DNA of 64,000 nt from Myxococcales bacterium UBA1203 (GCA_002309695.1 DBXV01000025.1:154032-218031), one strand, 5' to 3'; numbered from the stretch's first letter, positions 28,533 to 39,796 are shown. Numbers and translations: made by a program. The notes: a model not told the origin generated them from the letters alone.

Positions 28533-29072
28533 TCAGGCAGCGCCCTGCTTGCCGACCTTGCGGCGAGGCTGCTCATCGGCATACTTGACGCCCTTCCCCT
28601 TATAAGGCTCTGTCTTCTTAAAGCTGCGAATTGTCGCCGCGGTCTGTCCCACAAGCGCTTTATCCGCACCTTTAATGATAATTTTTGTCTGTTTATCAAC
28701 AGAGCAATGAATTCCCTCGGGGATGGGAAAATCAATCTGATGCGAAAAACCAAGATTCAGCACCAAATTTTTTCCACTGACCTCAGCGCGATAACCGACG
28801 CCATTGATTTCAAGAACCTCTTCAAAGCCAGCCGTTACGCCTTTGATGGCATTGGCAATCAATGTGCGGGTTAAACCATGAAGCGAACGTGCTGCAATGG
28901 AATCATCAGGGCGAGAGACACACACGTGATTGTCCTTCACTGTAACGCCCATGAGATTTCTAAATGGCACAGTCAACTTTCCATTCGGACCTTCGACATG
29001 AACTTCCGAATCGCCGACAGTAACCTTCACCTTTTCAGGAATCAGGATCGGCAGCTTGCCAATTCGAGACAT
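28533..29072 (-). CDS. rplF: 50S ribosomal protein L6
   Basis: MSRIGKLPILIPEKVKV...EPYKGKGVKY. Confidence 0.9.
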   Translation of the reverse strand: MSRIGKLPILIPEKVKVTVGDSEVHVEGPNGKLTVPFRNLMGVTVKDNHVCVSRPDDSIAARSLHGLTRTLIANAIKGVTAGFEEVLEINGVGYRAEVSGKNLVLNLGFSHQIDFPIPEGIHCSVDKQTKIIIKGADKALVGQTAATIRSFKKTEPYKGKGVKYADEQPRRKVGKQGAA

Positions 29073-29161
29073 CTTTGACCTCTTTGGATATCTTGTGTCC
29101 CTTCAGACACACATCGCATCCCGAATACTGCACAAAACAAATCCGGTGCGAAATTAAACAA

Positions 29162-29563
29162 CTAATAAACGGTACAGAGAAGCTCCCCACCAAGATTTTG
29201 CTTACGGCATTCACGATCAACGAGAATACCCTTGGAGGTTGAAAGAATCGCGACTCCCATGCCATTCAAAACGCGGGGAATCTCGGCAGAAGGAACGTAC
29301 TTGCGAAGTCCCGGACGGCTGACGCGGCGAATTTCAGTAATTGCCGGAGCACGAGAAACATCATACTTGAGGACAATCACCAGCTCACCGCTTTTCTTTT
29401 CCTCACGGCGAACGATGACATCCTTAACGAAACCCTCTTCCTTTAGAACATTAGCAATACTTTCCTTAATGTTCGACCCGGGAACAACAACCTTCTCATG
29501 GCCCGCGCGAGAGGCATTCCGAATTCTGGTAAACATATCCCCTATGGGGTCAGTCATCGACAT
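29162..29563 (-). CDS. rpsH: 30S ribosomal protein S8
   Basis: MSMTDPIGDMFTRIRNA. Confidence 0.9.
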   Translation of the reverse strand: MSMTDPIGDMFTRIRNASRAGHEKVVVPGSNIKESIANVLKEEGFVKDVIVRREEKKSGELVIVLKYDVSRAPAITEIRRVSRPGLRKYVPSAEIPRVLNGMGVAILSTSKGILVDRECRKQNLGGELLCTVY

Positions 29564-29640
29564 GATCTATCTTCCTCTTTTAGAAAATGAGAAGCAGGCC
29601 AGACTATACCCGGCTGCCTCACAAATATCCCCTTGCTGGC

Positions 29641-29826
29641 TTACCAAGAAGACTTAATTGCTCCGGTAATTTCTCCGCTCAAGGCTCGCTCCCGAAAACA
29701 GATGCGGCACATCTGAAATTTCCGAAGATAGGCATGGGGACGACCACACAGGGGGCACCGATTATATTTACGCACACTGAATTTCGGTTTGCGCTTCGCC
29801 TGTGCTATTTTTGAAAGCTTAGCCAT
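29641..29826 (-). CDS. rpsN: 30S ribosomal protein S14, zinc-binding type Z (61 aa)
   Basis: [46 protein letters not shown]. Start at ATG 29826. Confidence 0.9.
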   Translation of the reverse strand: MAKLSKIAQAKRKPKFSVRKYNRCPLCGRPHAYLRKFQMCRICFRERALSGEITGAIKSSW

Positions 29827-29910
29827 TTCATCTTCTCTCTGGCATAAAAACGCCACTTTAATGCCGAAAAATCGGCATGACCTGTAAACCCTCTTGCCTC
29901 CCGCAAAAAA

Positions 29911-30576
29911 TCAGCTCCGGAAAGGCATTCCAATAGCACGAAGCAACGCACGGCCCTGTTCATCATTTTTGGCCGAGGTTACGATGCTGATATTCAATCC
30001 CTTAATCTTCTCAATCTCATCATAATTGATTTCAGGGAAAATAATCTGCTCACGGATTCCCAGTGTATAGTTTCCCCGCCCATCAAATGCCCGAGGAGAA
30101 ACACCCTTGAAGTCACGAACCCGAGGCAGAGCAACACTAATCAGACGGTCAAGAAATTCCCACGCACGGTCATGGCGCAAAGTGACCATAGCACCGATCT
30201 GCTGTCCTTCGCGCAGCTTAAAATTAGAAATAGCTTTTCGTGCACGGGTCACGACAGGCTTTTGCCCGGTAATCGCAGCAAGCTGAAGGATGGAGGCATC
30301 CAGCAGTTTAGGATTGGCAATCGCCTCTCCCAATCCCATGTTGACCACAACTTTGACAACCCTGGGAATCTCCATGGGATTGGTAACGCCCATTTCCTTC
30401 ATAAGGGCAGGAAGAATCTCTTTCTGATAGCGAACGCGAAGGCGAGCCGGGCCTGCCTTCTGATCAGGATTGCCATCCGGGGCCAATTCATAGCCAAACT
30501 CACCCTTTTTTGCTTTTTTTCCTTCGCCCTTGCCCTGCGTCTTCGCATTGGCTTTTTTTATGTCTGCCATTTTCAA
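29911..30576 (-). CDS. rplE: 50S ribosomal protein L5 with a ~44 aa Lys/Gly-rich N-terminal extension
   Basis: The core from [19 protein letters not shown]...[10 protein letters not shown] matches L5. The extension is [27 protein letters not shown]... Confidence 0.85.
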   Translation of the reverse strand: MKMADIKKANAKTQGKGEGKKAKKGEFGYELAPDGNPDQKAGPARLRVRYQKEILPALMKEMGVTNPMEIPRVVKVVVNMGLGEAIANPKLLDASILQLAAITGQKPVVTRARKAISNFKLREGQQIGAMVTLRHDRAWEFLDRLISVALPRVRDFKGVSPRAFDGRGNYTLGIREQIIFPEINYDEIEKIKGLNISIVTSAKNDEQGRALLRAIGMPFRS

Positions 30577-30663
30577 ACTCCTGCTTCGGAGAGCCCTCTG
30601 CCCGCCGATCAGTCAAATCCTTACAAAAAAAACAACCCTTTTACATCCAACCACTCATTTTAT

Positions 30664-31020
30664 TTAATCAATGAGCTCTTTACATTTTTTGCAAATCCGA
30701 GCGTTCTTGATGCCCTTATCACCGCCGGCATCAACCGCTCTTGCGCCGATTCGCGTCGGCTGATTGCAGTGCGGACAAACAAGCTGAACATTTGCCAATG
30801 AAATTGTTCCAACCTTTTCAATCCGTCCGCCTGCCTGATTCTGCTGGCTGCGCCCGGCCTTCAAATGCTTCGTTACAATACGCAGCCCTTCAACACGCAC
30901 CCGTCCATCATCCTTAAGGACTTCCAGCACTTTTCCACGAGGCTTTGAACCGGTTCCACGCTTCTGAGCAGCCTCTTTGCCCTTCATCAACTGAACCGTG
31001 TCGCCCTTCTTGATTTGCAT
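30664..31020 (-). CDS. rplX: 50S ribosomal protein L24 (C-terminal CxxC...CxxC)
   Basis: MQIKKGDTVQLMKGKEA. ATG 31020 is preceded by AAGGTGGAAG. CPHC...CKKC. Confidence 0.9.
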   Translation of the reverse strand: MQIKKGDTVQLMKGKEAAQKRGTGSKPRGKVLEVLKDDGRVRVEGLRIVTKHLKAGRSQQNQAGGRIEKVGTISLANVQLVCPHCNQPTRIGARAVDAGGDKGIKNARICKKCKELID

Positions 31021-31066
31021 GACTTCCACCTTAGGGGGACCTTCCCCCTCATTAAAACCACATAAA

Positions 31067-31435
31067 TCACAGAACCTCAGGCGCCAAAGAAATAATCTTC
31101 ATAAATTTCTTAGCACGCAATTCACGCGCGACAGGGCCAAAAATACGGGTTCCGATAGGCTCGTGATCCTTATTCACCAAAACAGCCGCATTTCCATCAA
31201 AGCGAATATAGCTGCCGTCAGGACGAGCTATTTCTTTGGAAGTACGGACAATAACTGCACGCGCCACATCTCCCTTTTTCACTTTGGCATTAGGGATAGC
31301 TTCTTTCACGGCAACCACAACGACATCGCCTATGGAAGCATACTTCCGCCTAGAGCCGCCCAGAACTTTAATACAGGCAACTTTTTTGGCGCCCGAGTTA
31401 TCGGCCACATCCATCTCTGTGGACATCTGAATCAT
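31067..31435 (-). CDS. rplN: 50S ribosomal protein L14
   Basis: [28 protein letters not shown]. Confidence 0.95.
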   Translation of the reverse strand: MIQMSTEMDVADNSGAKKVACIKVLGGSRRKYASIGDVVVVAVKEAIPNAKVKKGDVARAVIVRTSKEIARPDGSYIRFDGNAAVLVNKDHEPIGTRIFGPVARELRAKKFMKIISLAPEVL

Positions 31436-31538
31436 GACAACCTCATCCCTCTGCTAAAAATCGAGCCGCTGATTGCTCATACAACAAAAGCAATCACCTT
31501 CACTCGACACAATCCTAACTAAACCTCTCAAAAACTTA

Positions 31539-31832
31539 TCAGAGTGCCCGACGGACAACTTCCGCAACTTTCCAGCGCTTGTCTTTGGACAAAGGACGCG
31601 TCTCAACAATACGAACAACATCGCCCTTCTGGATTGTCGGGTTTTTAGGATCATGCCCTTCCACATGCGCTTTATACTTCACAGCCCTAAGAACATATTT
31701 TCCATATTTGGGGTGAAGCATATGACGCTGAACACGAACCACCACCGTCTTCTGCATCTTGTTGCTTGTGACAATTCCTGTTCGAGTTTTGGCGCGGCCA
31801 CGAACCGACTCTTTCACACTTTCTTCACTCAT
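31539..31832 (-). CDS. rpsQ: 30S ribosomal protein S17
   Basis: [29 protein letters not shown]. Confidence 0.9.
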   Translation of the reverse strand: MSEESVKESVRGRAKTRTGIVTSNKMQKTVVVRVQRHMLHPKYGKYVLRAVKYKAHVEGHDPKNPTIQKGDVVRIVETRPLSKDKRWKVAEVVRRAL

Positions 31833-31915
31833 CTCGTTCTCCGACTCACTCCGCGATTTATCGCGTCTTAAGAGAGTCCCGCCGAAAAGTTACATCAAAA
31901 TTATTTTATTACTTC

Positions 31916-32116
31916 TTATTCCTTTGATGTCTCTTTTTCAGTCAAAACGGTTAAAATCCGCGCCAATTCACGGCGTTTTTTGGAAAGATCTGCCGTGGAC
32001 TCTAAGGCGCCGGTGTGATGCTTAATACGCTGACGAAAAATCGCCTCACGATTTTCACTGACAAGACGTCCCAGCTCCTCAACACTCAAAGAGCGCAATT
32101 CTTTTGCTGCTGCCAT
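31916..32116 (-). CDS. rpmC: 50S ribosomal protein L29
   Basis: ELRSLSVEELGRLVSENREAIFRQRI. Start overlaps the rplP stop. Confidence 0.9.
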   Translation of the reverse strand: MAAAKELRSLSVEELGRLVSENREAIFRQRIKHHTGALESTADLSKKRRELARILTVLTEKETSKE

Positions 32117-32535
32117 TAGAGAGTCTCCTCTTCACGCTTTACGATGCGCGTCTCGAACGGCAACTTAAACTGCGCCAGCCGCAGAGCCTCCACCGCAAGA
32201 GTCGGATCAACGCCCTGCATCTCGAAAAGGATGCGCCCGGGCTTAACGACCGCTACATAGTACTCAACACCGCCTTTACCCTTACCCATACGGGTTTCAG
32301 CCGGCTTTTTGGTAATGGGCTTATCAGGAAAAACGCGAATCCACATTTTCCCGCCACGCTTAACATGCCGCGTCAATGCAATACGCCCCGCTTCAATTTG
32401 ACGGGACGTCACCCAAGCAGGCTCAAGGGCCATCAGCCCAATATCGCCGAAATTCAATTTGTTGCCACGAGTGGCAACGCCTCTCATTCGGCCTTTCATC
32501 ATCTTCCTGTACTTCGTTCGTGCTGGCTGCATCAT
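32116..32535 (-). CDS. rplP: 50S ribosomal protein L16
   Basis: [19 protein letters not shown]...RMGKGKG. Confidence 0.95.
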   Translation of the reverse strand: MMQPARTKYRKMMKGRMRGVATRGNKLNFGDIGLMALEPAWVTSRQIEAGRIALTRHVKRGGKMWIRVFPDKPITKKPAETRMGKGKGGVEYYVAVVKPGRILFEMQGVDPTLAVEALRLAQFKLPFETRIVKREEETL

Positions 32536-32611
32536 AATGCAAATCTCCCAAAAGAGGCGCGCCCTCTAGTCACTTTTTCAAGCGATGTCAACGCTGAACA
32601 TAAGATTTTTT

Positions 32612-33280
32612 TCAAGCGTTCCTAGCGGATGCACCAGAAGCCGCAACACTGCTCTTTGGCAGGACCTCGCCGCAGAAAACCCAAACCTTCACACCAATGG
32701 TACCATAGGTCGTCTTGGCGATAGCATAACCATAGTTAATGTCAGCGCGCAGCGTGTGCAGCGGAACCCGTCCCTCGCGATACCATTCATAACGCGACAT
32801 TTCAGCGCCGCCGAGACGTCCAGAGCACGCCACGCGAATCCCCTTGGCGCCAAATTTCATGGCCGTCTGAACTGCTTTCTTCATCGCACGACGGAAGGCA
32901 ATGCGCCGCTCCAGCTGCTGGGCAATGTTCTCAGCCACCAACTGGGCATCCGTCTCAGCCTTGCGGATCTCGACGATGTTTAAAAAAACTTCATTCGGAG
33001 TTAAGGACTGAAGCTCTTTCTTCACCGCTTCAATGCCAGCGCCGCGCTTACCGATAAGAATTCCCGGGCGAGCAGTATAAACATTGATTTTAACTTTATT
33101 AGCCGCACGCTCAATCTGCACACTGCTAATCCCAGCATGGCCGAAGCTCTTCTTTACATGCGCACGCAGGGCAATATCTTCATGTAACCACTTGGCGTAA
33201 TTCTTCTCTTCGTACCATTTCGAATCCCAGCTCTTGACGACACCGAGACGAAAGCCAGTGGGATGGACTTTTTGACCCAA
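32612..33280 (-). CDS. rpsC: 30S ribosomal protein S3
   Basis: [23 protein letters not shown]. Confidence 0.95.
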   Translation of the reverse strand: MGQKVHPTGFRLGVVKSWDSKWYEEKNYAKWLHEDIALRAHVKKSFGHAGISSVQIERAANKVKINVYTARPGILIGKRGAGIEAVKKELQSLTPNEVFLNIVEIRKAETDAQLVAENIAQQLERRIAFRRAMKKAVQTAMKFGAKGIRVACSGRLGGAEMSRYEWYREGRVPLHTLRADINYGYAIAKTTYGTIGVKVWVFCGEVLPKSSVAASGASARNA

Positions 33281-33331
33281 GGCACTACTCCTTGAAAGGC
33301 CGCACCCAAAAAAGCACGGCAGAATTAGCTG

Positions 33332-33670
33332 TTAGCTGTCGGCAAGAACCACCGTGACGTGGCTCGTCCTTTTCCGAATGCGCGTCGCACGTCCTTGTGC
33401 ACGCGGCATAAAGCGACGCATCGTGGGCCCCTGATCGACATAAATTGTCTTAACGATAAGGCGATCAATGTCGATTTGGCCGTTACTAAGCTGCTGCACA
33501 TTGGCGACCGCTGACTCGAGAAGTTTTTCAACCGGCTTGCTGGCAGCCTTTGGCGTATAGCGCAAAGTAGCCAACGCCTTCTCGATAGGCTGGCCGCGAA
33601 CTATATCAGCAACAACGCGAACCTTACGCGGAGCGACACGCAAATTACGCAGCCGAGCTGAACTTTCCAT
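33332..33670 (-). CDS. rplV: 50S ribosomal protein L22
   Basis: ARLRNLRVAPRKVRVVADIVRG. Confidence 0.9.
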   Translation of the reverse strand: MESSARLRNLRVAPRKVRVVADIVRGQPIEKALATLRYTPKAASKPVEKLLESAVANVQQLSNGQIDIDRLIVKTIYVDQGPTMRRFMPRAQGRATRIRKRTSHVTVVLADS

Positions 33671-33712
33671 CTGACAACTCCAATCTTTTAAGAGGGCAAC
33701 AACGGCCGGATA

Positions 33713-34003
33713 TTATTTCCCACCCTTGGCCACGACCTTCTTTTCACTCGCGTGACCATGGAATGTCCTCGTGGGAGCAAATTCCCCCAGCTTGTGCCCA
33801 ACCATATTTTCAGTCACAAAGACAGCCACAAATTTATGACCGTTATGAACCATAAAGGTAAAACCAACAAACTCTGGAAGAATCATCGAACGCCGACTCC
33901 AGGTCTTGATGGTCTTATTCTTGGCATTCGATTCGATCATCACCCCGACTTTTTTCTCGAGGTATGCATCGACGAAGGGGCCTTTCTTAAGCGAACGCGC
34001 CAT
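33713..34003 (-). CDS. rpsS: 30S ribosomal protein S19
   Basis: [12 protein letters not shown]...[13 protein letters not shown]. Confidence 0.95.
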   Translation of the reverse strand: MARSLKKGPFVDAYLEKKVGVMIESNAKNKTIKTWSRRSMILPEFVGFTFMVHNGHKFVAVFVTENMVGHKLGEFAPTRTFHGHASEKKVVAKGGK

Positions 34004-34074
34004 TTGTTTTTCCTTGGCAAAAAGACAACCACCTTTTAGCAGAAAAGGTGGTATTGTCTTTTGATTAACTGAAA

Positions 34075-34923
34075 TTATTTAGACTGACTGCGCGGACCGC
34101 GCTTTCTGCCAGTAACAATCAGACGATTCGTCCGCTTGTTGACCCTCGTCTTCAACCCCTTGGTCTGCTTGCCCCATGGAGACACTGGCTGCGGGTTGCC
34201 TTGACCAGACTTGCCTTCGCCACCGCCATGAGGGTGATCAACAGGGTTCATAACCACACCGCGAACCGTCGGACGAATGCCTAAATGACGCTTGCGGCCG
34301 GCGGAGCCAAGCTGATGAATTTCGTGCTCGAGATTGCCGACCTGACCGACAGTTGCCCTGCAGTCCAGCAATACTTTACGCACTTCACCAGAAGGCATAC
34401 GGATCTGCGCATAATCCCCTTCTTTTGCCATCAGCTGTCCCGCGCTGCCCGCCGAACGAATCGACTGACTTCCGCGGCCAGGCTTCAGCTCCAGATTGTG
34501 CAACATCGTGCCAAGGGGAATGAAACGCAGCGGCAGGCAGTTGCCCGGCTTAATATCCGCATGTTCACCGGCAACGATCTCGTCCCCAACCGACAAACCG
34601 GCAGGAGCGAGAATATAGCGTTTGTCGCCGTCCAAATAGCTCAGCAGAGCCAAACGTGCCGAACGATTGGGGTCATACTCAAGCGCGGCAACGCGAGCAG
34701 GAACGCCCTCTTTGTCACGCTTCCAGTCGATGATTCGGTACAGACGTTTGTGACCACCGCCGATATGGCGAGTTGTAATATGGCCGTGATTGTTACGGCC
34801 GCCTGATTTCTTAATAACCTCGGTCAATTTCTTTTCAGGTGCTTTTGCTGTCAGCTCTGAAAAGTCAGCGACAGTTGCCAAACGTCGGCCGGGGCTTGTC
34901 GGCTTATAATGCTTCAAAGGCAT
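34075..34923 (-). CDS. rplB: 50S ribosomal protein L2
   Basis: [20 protein letters not shown]...[13 protein letters not shown]. Confidence 0.95.
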   Translation of the reverse strand: MPLKHYKPTSPGRRLATVADFSELTAKAPEKKLTEVIKKSGGRNNHGHITTRHIGGGHKRLYRIIDWKRDKEGVPARVAALEYDPNRSARLALLSYLDGDKRYILAPAGLSVGDEIVAGEHADIKPGNCLPLRFIPLGTMLHNLELKPGRGSQSIRSAGSAGQLMAKEGDYAQIRMPSGEVRKVLLDCRATVGQVGNLEHEIHQLGSAGRKRHLGIRPTVRGVVMNPVDHPHGGGEGKSGQGNPQPVSPWGKQTKGLKTRVNKRTNRLIVTGRKRGPRSQSK

Positions 34924-34989
34924 GGCTATCGAATCCTTATCTTTAGCCGGGCGTGAGCCATAAATGGCCCCCGGACGCCCATGGGATTA

Positions 34990-35277
34990 TTACTCAATTT
35001 CAAACAAATCGATGGTCTGCCCTTCCTGCAGAGCCACCACCGCTCGTTTCCAATTTGGACGCTGACCAATGGAGCGTCCAATACGCTTATTCTTTCCGCG
35101 CTGGATAGAAGTGCGAACCTCTACAACTTTCACATTGAAAAGTTTCTCTATGGCCTGACGGATTTCCGTCTTATTGGCCCGCAGATCGACCTGAAAGCTG
35201 TAGCAGTTTTGATTGGCACGGGCTTCTTCGTATTTCTCAGTGACAACCGGACCTTTGATGATTTCCGTCAACATCAT
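34990..35277 (-). CDS. rplW: 50S ribosomal protein L23
   Basis: IIKGPVVTEK...NVKVVEVRT. Overlaps the rplD stop by 4 nt. Confidence 0.9.
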   Translation of the reverse strand: MMLTEIIKGPVVTEKYEEARANQNCYSFQVDLRANKTEIRQAIEKLFNVKVVEVRTSIQRGKNKRIGRSIGQRPNWKRAVVALQEGQTIDLFEIE

Positions 35278-35918
35278 GATACCAAAGCTCCTTCCAGCTG
35301 CCTGACAGCAGATTCCGTCACAACCAAAGCATCATGCCTCAAGATGCTTTCAAGATTAATCCCCTCAGGCGCCAGAATATCAAACTTGTCTAAGTTGCGA
35401 ATCGCCCGATGCAAATTCTCATTCTCGCGCGAATCAATGACAAGCGCATCCGTCAGCTTGAGCCCCTCTGTCAAAATTTTAACAGCACCATGGCTCAGCC
35501 GCGCCTTGCCGTCATTTCCCTGAGGCACTTCAAACTTATCCAGAATAACAAGCTTCTGGTCTCTCGCCGTCTGAGAAAGAGCCACTTTCAGCGCGCCGCG
35601 CCTCACAGAGCGAGGAGGACGATAGGTATAATCACGGGGCTTAGGCCCCATGGCCTTGCCGCCGCCAACCCACTGAGAAGCTCTCGTCGAACCCTGACGG
35701 GCACGCCCAGTGTGCTTCTGCTTCCAGGGTTTCTTTCCGCCGCCAGAAACGAGTGAGGCATTCTTCACTGCAACAGTGCCCGCACGCCGGTTAATCTGTT
35801 GGAATTTTACAACCTCATAAATCAAGTTCTCGTTAGGAGCGACGCCAAAGACGTCGTCCGAAAGCTCGATTTCCGAAACTTTCTGCCCTTCTGTATTTAC
35901 AATATCAAACCTTGCCAT
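35274..35918 (-). CDS. rplD: 50S ribosomal protein L4
   Basis: GGGKKPWKQKHTGRARQGSTRASQWVGGGKAMGPKPRDY. ATG 35918 is preceded by GAAGAGG, 22 nt after the rpsJ stop. Confidence 0.9.
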   Translation of the reverse strand: MARFDIVNTEGQKVSEIELSDDVFGVAPNENLIYEVVKFQQINRRAGTVAVKNASLVSGGGKKPWKQKHTGRARQGSTRASQWVGGGKAMGPKPRDYTYRPPRSVRRGALKVALSQTARDQKLVILDKFEVPQGNDGKARLSHGAVKILTEGLKLTDALVIDSRENENLHRAIRNLDKFDILAPEGINLESILRHDALVVTESAVRQLEGALVS

Positions 35919-35940
35919 AGCCGCCTCTTCGTCGGGTTCT

Positions 35941-36252
35941 TCAGGACTTAATCTCCACATCGACACCCGCCGACAGGTCGAGCTTCATCAGCGCATCCAG
36001 CGTTTGCTGGGTCGGTTCCAAGATGTCGAGGAGACGCTTGTGGGTTCGGATCTCAAACTGCTCGCGACTCTTCTTGTCTCCGTGCGGACTTCTCAGCACG
36101 GTAAACTTGTTGATGCGCGTGGGCAGAGGAATGGGTCCGGCCACCTTGGCTCCAGTGCGCTTGGCAGTTGCCACAATCTCACCAGCAGACTGGTCCAGCA
36201 GCTTGTGGTCGAATGCCTTCAGCCGAATTCGGATCTTTTGGGTGGTTGCCAT
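35941..36252 (-). CDS. rpsJ: 30S ribosomal protein S10
   Basis: [40 protein letters not shown]. Confidence 0.95.
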   Translation of the reverse strand: MATTQKIRIRLKAFDHKLLDQSAGEIVATAKRTGAKVAGPIPLPTRINKFTVLRSPHGDKKSREQFEIRTHKRLLDILEPTQQTLDALMKLDLSAGVDVEIKS

Positions 36253-36352
36253 CTACTTGCCTCAACAAACGGGGGCTTTCCGGGGCCTCCCCGGCAGTTC
36301 CCCTGTAAAAGCATTTTTTTATCGATTCATTTTTAAGTGAATCGAAATTCCA

Positions 36353-36398
36353 TAAAAAGGAGGGCGCCGCTTCAATTCAGCCGAGGCGGCGCCTCTCC
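36353..36398 (-). terminator. Rho-independent terminator downstream of tuf
   Basis: Minus strand: ggagaggcgccgc-loop-gcggcgccctcc followed by ttttta. Confidence 0.6.
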
Positions 36399-36419
36399 TC
36401 TGAAACCGCGATGGAGTGT

Positions 36420-37613
36420 TTACGCGAGAATCTCGGAAACAACACCAGCACCAACCGTACGACCGCCCTCACGAATAGCGAAGCGGAGCTCAGCCTCCAT
36501 AGCAACAGGAGTCATCAGCTCGACCTCAATGCTCACGTGGTCACCAGGCATAACAATCTCAGTCCCTTCGGGAAGCTTGACAGTGCCGGTGACGTCAGTG
36601 GTGCGGAAGTAGAACTGGGGACGATAGCCATTGCCGAACGGCGTATGGCGGCCGCCCTCGTCCTTCCCCAGAACGTAGATGGCAGCTTTGAATTTGCTGT
36701 GCGGATGGACAGAACCAGGCTTCGCCAGCACCTGGCCGCGCTCAACCTCATTGCGCTTCAGGCCGCGGAGCAGACAGCCCACGTTATCACCAGCCAGCCC
36801 CTCATCGAGCAGCTTGCGGAACATCTCGACGCCTGTGACCGTGGTCTTCTTCGTCTCGCCGAAGCCGATGATTTCAACCGCATCGCCGACGTGAATCTTG
36901 CCGCGCTCGATACGACCAGTAGCGACGGTACCGCGGCCTTCGATGGAGAACACATCTTCGACAGGCATCAGGAAGTCCTTGTCAACCTGACGGACCGGCT
37001 CGGGGATGCTCTCGTCCAAAGCCTTCATCAGCTCATCGATGCACTCAGCATGCTCGGCGCCGTGGCTGTCCACCACAGGCTTCGCAGAGCCGCGAATCAC
37101 GGGCAGATCGTCGCCCGGGAATTCGTATTTATTCAGGAGCTCACGGACTTCCATCTCAACCAGGTCCAGCAGCTCGGCATCATCAACGAGGTCGCACTTA
37201 TTCAAGAAGACAACGATCGCAGGAACGTTAACCTGCTTGGCCAGCAGAACGTGCTCTTTCGTCTGAGGCATCGGGCCGTCAGCCGCGGAGACCACAAGAA
37301 TGGCACCGTCCATCTGAGCGGCACCGGTAATCATGTTCTTCACGAAGTCGGCGTGGCCTGGGCAGTCAACGTGAGCGTAATGCCGCTTCTCGGTCTCGTA
37401 CTCCACGTGAGAGACAGCAATGGTAACAATTTTAGAATCGTCACGCACCGTGCCGCCCTTAGCGATGTCGGCATACTCCTTGGCCTTCGCCAAACCTTTG
37501 TGAGCCTGACGGAAGGTAATGGCAGCCGTCAGCGTGGTCTTGCCATGGTCAACGTGGCCGATGGTGCCAACATTCACATGGGGTTTCGTGCGTTCAAATT
37601 TTTCCTTAGCCAT
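36420..37613 (-). CDS. tuf: Elongation factor Tu
   Basis: [33 protein letters not shown]. Confidence 0.97.
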   Translation of the reverse strand: MAKEKFERTKPHVNVGTIGHVDHGKTTLTAAITFRQAHKGLAKAKEYADIAKGGTVRDDSKIVTIAVSHVEYETEKRHYAHVDCPGHADFVKNMITGAAQMDGAILVVSAADGPMPQTKEHVLLAKQVNVPAIVVFLNKCDLVDDAELLDLVEMEVRELLNKYEFPGDDLPVIRGSAKPVVDSHGAEHAECIDELMKALDESIPEPVRQVDKDFLMPVEDVFSIEGRGTVATGRIERGKIHVGDAVEIIGFGETKKTTVTGVEMFRKLLDEGLAGDNVGCLLRGLKRNEVERGQVLAKPGSVHPHSKFKAAIYVLGKDEGGRHTPFGNGYRPQFYFRTTDVTGTVKLPEGTEIVMPGDHVSIEVELMTPVAMEAELRFAIREGGRTVGAGVVSEILA

Positions 37614-37717
37614 TTATTACTCCTCAGAAATCAGCGAGAAATCAGCGCCCCTCTTTCGAGCAGCGCACCTTCGTTAAACCAAACCTCATCCATCAAGAGC
37701 GGCCAAAGCGGCCACCA

Positions 37718-39796
37718 TCAAAAGCCCCTGAGACGAACAACTATCTCTTGGGCAACACCTCCGGGGACTGGCTGATATGACGCGAACTGCATCGTATATG
37801 TCGCCCGACCCTGACTCAAAGAGCGCAGCCCCGTAGCATAGCCAAACATGTTTGACAAGGGGGCTTGTGCATGAATTTTTTGGGCTCCTAAGTCCTGTTC
37901 CATGCCAATGACGCGGCCGCGCCGGGCGTTCAAATCGCCAATGACATCGCCCATGTACTGATCCGGACAGACAATTTCGCAGTCCATGATCGGCTCCAAC
38001 AAAACAGGGTCGGCCTGATTCGCCCCGTCACGGAAAGCCATGGACGCAGCAATTTTGAAGGCCATGTCGCTGGAATCGACCTCATGGAAGCTGCCATCAA
38101 CCAGACGAACATGAATGTCCAGCATCGGATAGCCCGCCAGAACGCCGGACTGCATAGACTCGGACACACCCTGCTCGATAGCGGGAATAAATTCGTTTGG
38201 AATGACTCCGCCGACCAGGGCATTTTCAAAAACGAATCCGCTTCCCGGCTCACCAGGCTCCAGCTCCAGCCAAACATGACCATATTGGCCATGCCCGCCG
38301 GTCTGACGAATGTATTTGCCCTCAGAGCGAACCTTTTTGCCGATGGTCTCGCGATATGAAACCTGAGGCTTGCCCACATTCGCCTGGACCTTAAATTCGC
38401 GCAGCAACCGGTCAGCAATAATTTCCAGATGCAGTTCCCCCATGCCTGAAATCAGCATCTGCCCCGTCTCTGAATCGGAACTGACACGGAATGAGGGGTC
38501 CTCAACAGCCAGTTTTTCCAGGGCCTGTCCCAATTTGTCCTGATCAGCTTTCGTCTTGGGCTCAATGGCAATGGAAATAACCGGTTCAGGGAAATCTATC
38601 TTTTCCAAAATAATCGGATGCTTTTCGGCGCATAGCGTATCCCCCGTCGTAACCGTCTTGCATCCGACAACAGCGGCAATGTCGCCCGCAAATACTTCAG
38701 AAACATCTTCGCGCTTATTGGCGTGCATCTGCAGAAGGCGTCCAATCCGCTCACGCTTCTTTTTCAGCGGATTATAGACACATTCACCGCTTTTTACGCT
38801 GCCCGAATAAACGCGCAGATACGTCAGTGTTCCCGAAAAAGAATCATTGGCGATCTTGAATGCCAGCGCAGCGAAAGGCTCGTCATCCGACGCTTTGCGG
38901 AGGGCCTTCGCGCCATCAGGCGTCTCCCCTTCGACCGGCGGAATTTCATCGGGGGCCGGCAGAAAATCCACAATGCCGTCCAGAACCGGCTGAATTCCTT
39001 TATTTCTGAACGCAGAGCCGCCGAAAGCAGGAAACAGCTTGAGCGAAAGACAGCCCTTGCGCAGACCCGCGATAATGTCCGCCCTCTCCGGCTCGCGCCC
39101 GTCCACAAAGGCTTCCATCACGCTGTCATTAAACTCGGCCGCGGCCTCAATCATCGCCTGCCGCTTTGCCTCAGCCAAAGGCAGCAGATCCGCAGGAATA
39201 TCCACCGTCTCGAAACGGGCACCCTGCGAATCGGAGTCATACCGAATGGCCTTCATTGAAAGCAGGTCAATGACCCCTTCCAGGGCATCCTCGGATCCCC
39301 ACGGGAAATCCACGGCCACCGGACGCGCCGCAAAACGCGCGGCAATCATATCCAGCACACGGAAATAATCCGCCCCCACCCGGTCCATCTTGTTGACGAA
39401 CACAATTCGGGGAACCCGATATTTCTCAGCCTGCCGCCACACCGTTTCGGACTGCGGCTGAACACCGCCGACCCCACAGAACACAGCCACCGCGCCATCC
39501 AGCACCCGAAGTGAACGCTCAACCTCAACGGTGAAGTCCACATGGCCTGGAGTGTCGATGATGTTAATCCGGTGCTCTCTCCAGAAGGTCGTGATGGCGG
39601 CGCTCGTAATCGTGATGCCGCGCTCCCGCTCCTGATCCATCCAGTCCATCACCGTCGTCCCTTCATCGATTTCACCAATTCGATGAGTGACGCCCGTGTA
39701 AAACAGGATGCGCTCCGTCGTCGTCGTCTTGCCAGCGTCGATGTGCGCCATAACGCCGATGTTTCGATAGCGATGTAGGGGGCACTGGCGAGGCAT
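37718..39796 (-). CDS. fusA: Elongation factor G
   Basis: [25 protein letters not shown]. Start at ATG 39796. The listed 42-codon extension is not EF-G-like. Confidence 0.92.
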   Translation of the reverse strand: MPRQCPLHRYRNIGVMAHIDAGKTTTTERILFYTGVTHRIGEIDEGTTVMDWMDQERERGITITSAAITTFWREHRINIIDTPGHVDFTVEVERSLRVLDGAVAVFCGVGGVQPQSETVWRQAEKYRVPRIVFVNKMDRVGADYFRVLDMIAARFAARPVAVDFPWGSEDALEGVIDLLSMKAIRYDSDSQGARFETVDIPADLLPLAEAKRQAMIEAAAEFNDSVMEAFVDGREPERADIIAGLRKGCLSLKLFPAFGGSAFRNKGIQPVLDGIVDFLPAPDEIPPVEGETPDGAKALRKASDDEPFAALAFKIANDSFSGTLTYLRVYSGSVKSGECVYNPLKKKRERIGRLLQMHANKREDVSEVFAGDIAAVVGCKTVTTGDTLCAEKHPIILEKIDFPEPVISIAIEPKTKADQDKLGQALEKLAVEDPSFRVSSDSETGQMLISGMGELHLEIIADRLLREFKVQANVGKPQVSYRETIGKKVRSEGKYIRQTGGHGQYGHVWLELEPGEPGSGFVFENALVGGVIPNEFIPAIEQGVSESMQSGVLAGYPMLDIHVRLVDGSFHEVDSSDMAFKIAASMAFRDGANQADPVLLEPIMDCEIVCPDQYMGDVIGDLNARRGRVIGMEQDLGAQKIHAQAPLSNMFGYATGLRSLSQGRATYTMQFASYQPVPGGVAQEIVVRLRGF

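Noticed and set aside
36411-37775. 454-aa ORF on the plus strand
   Set aside because: It is antisense to tuf.
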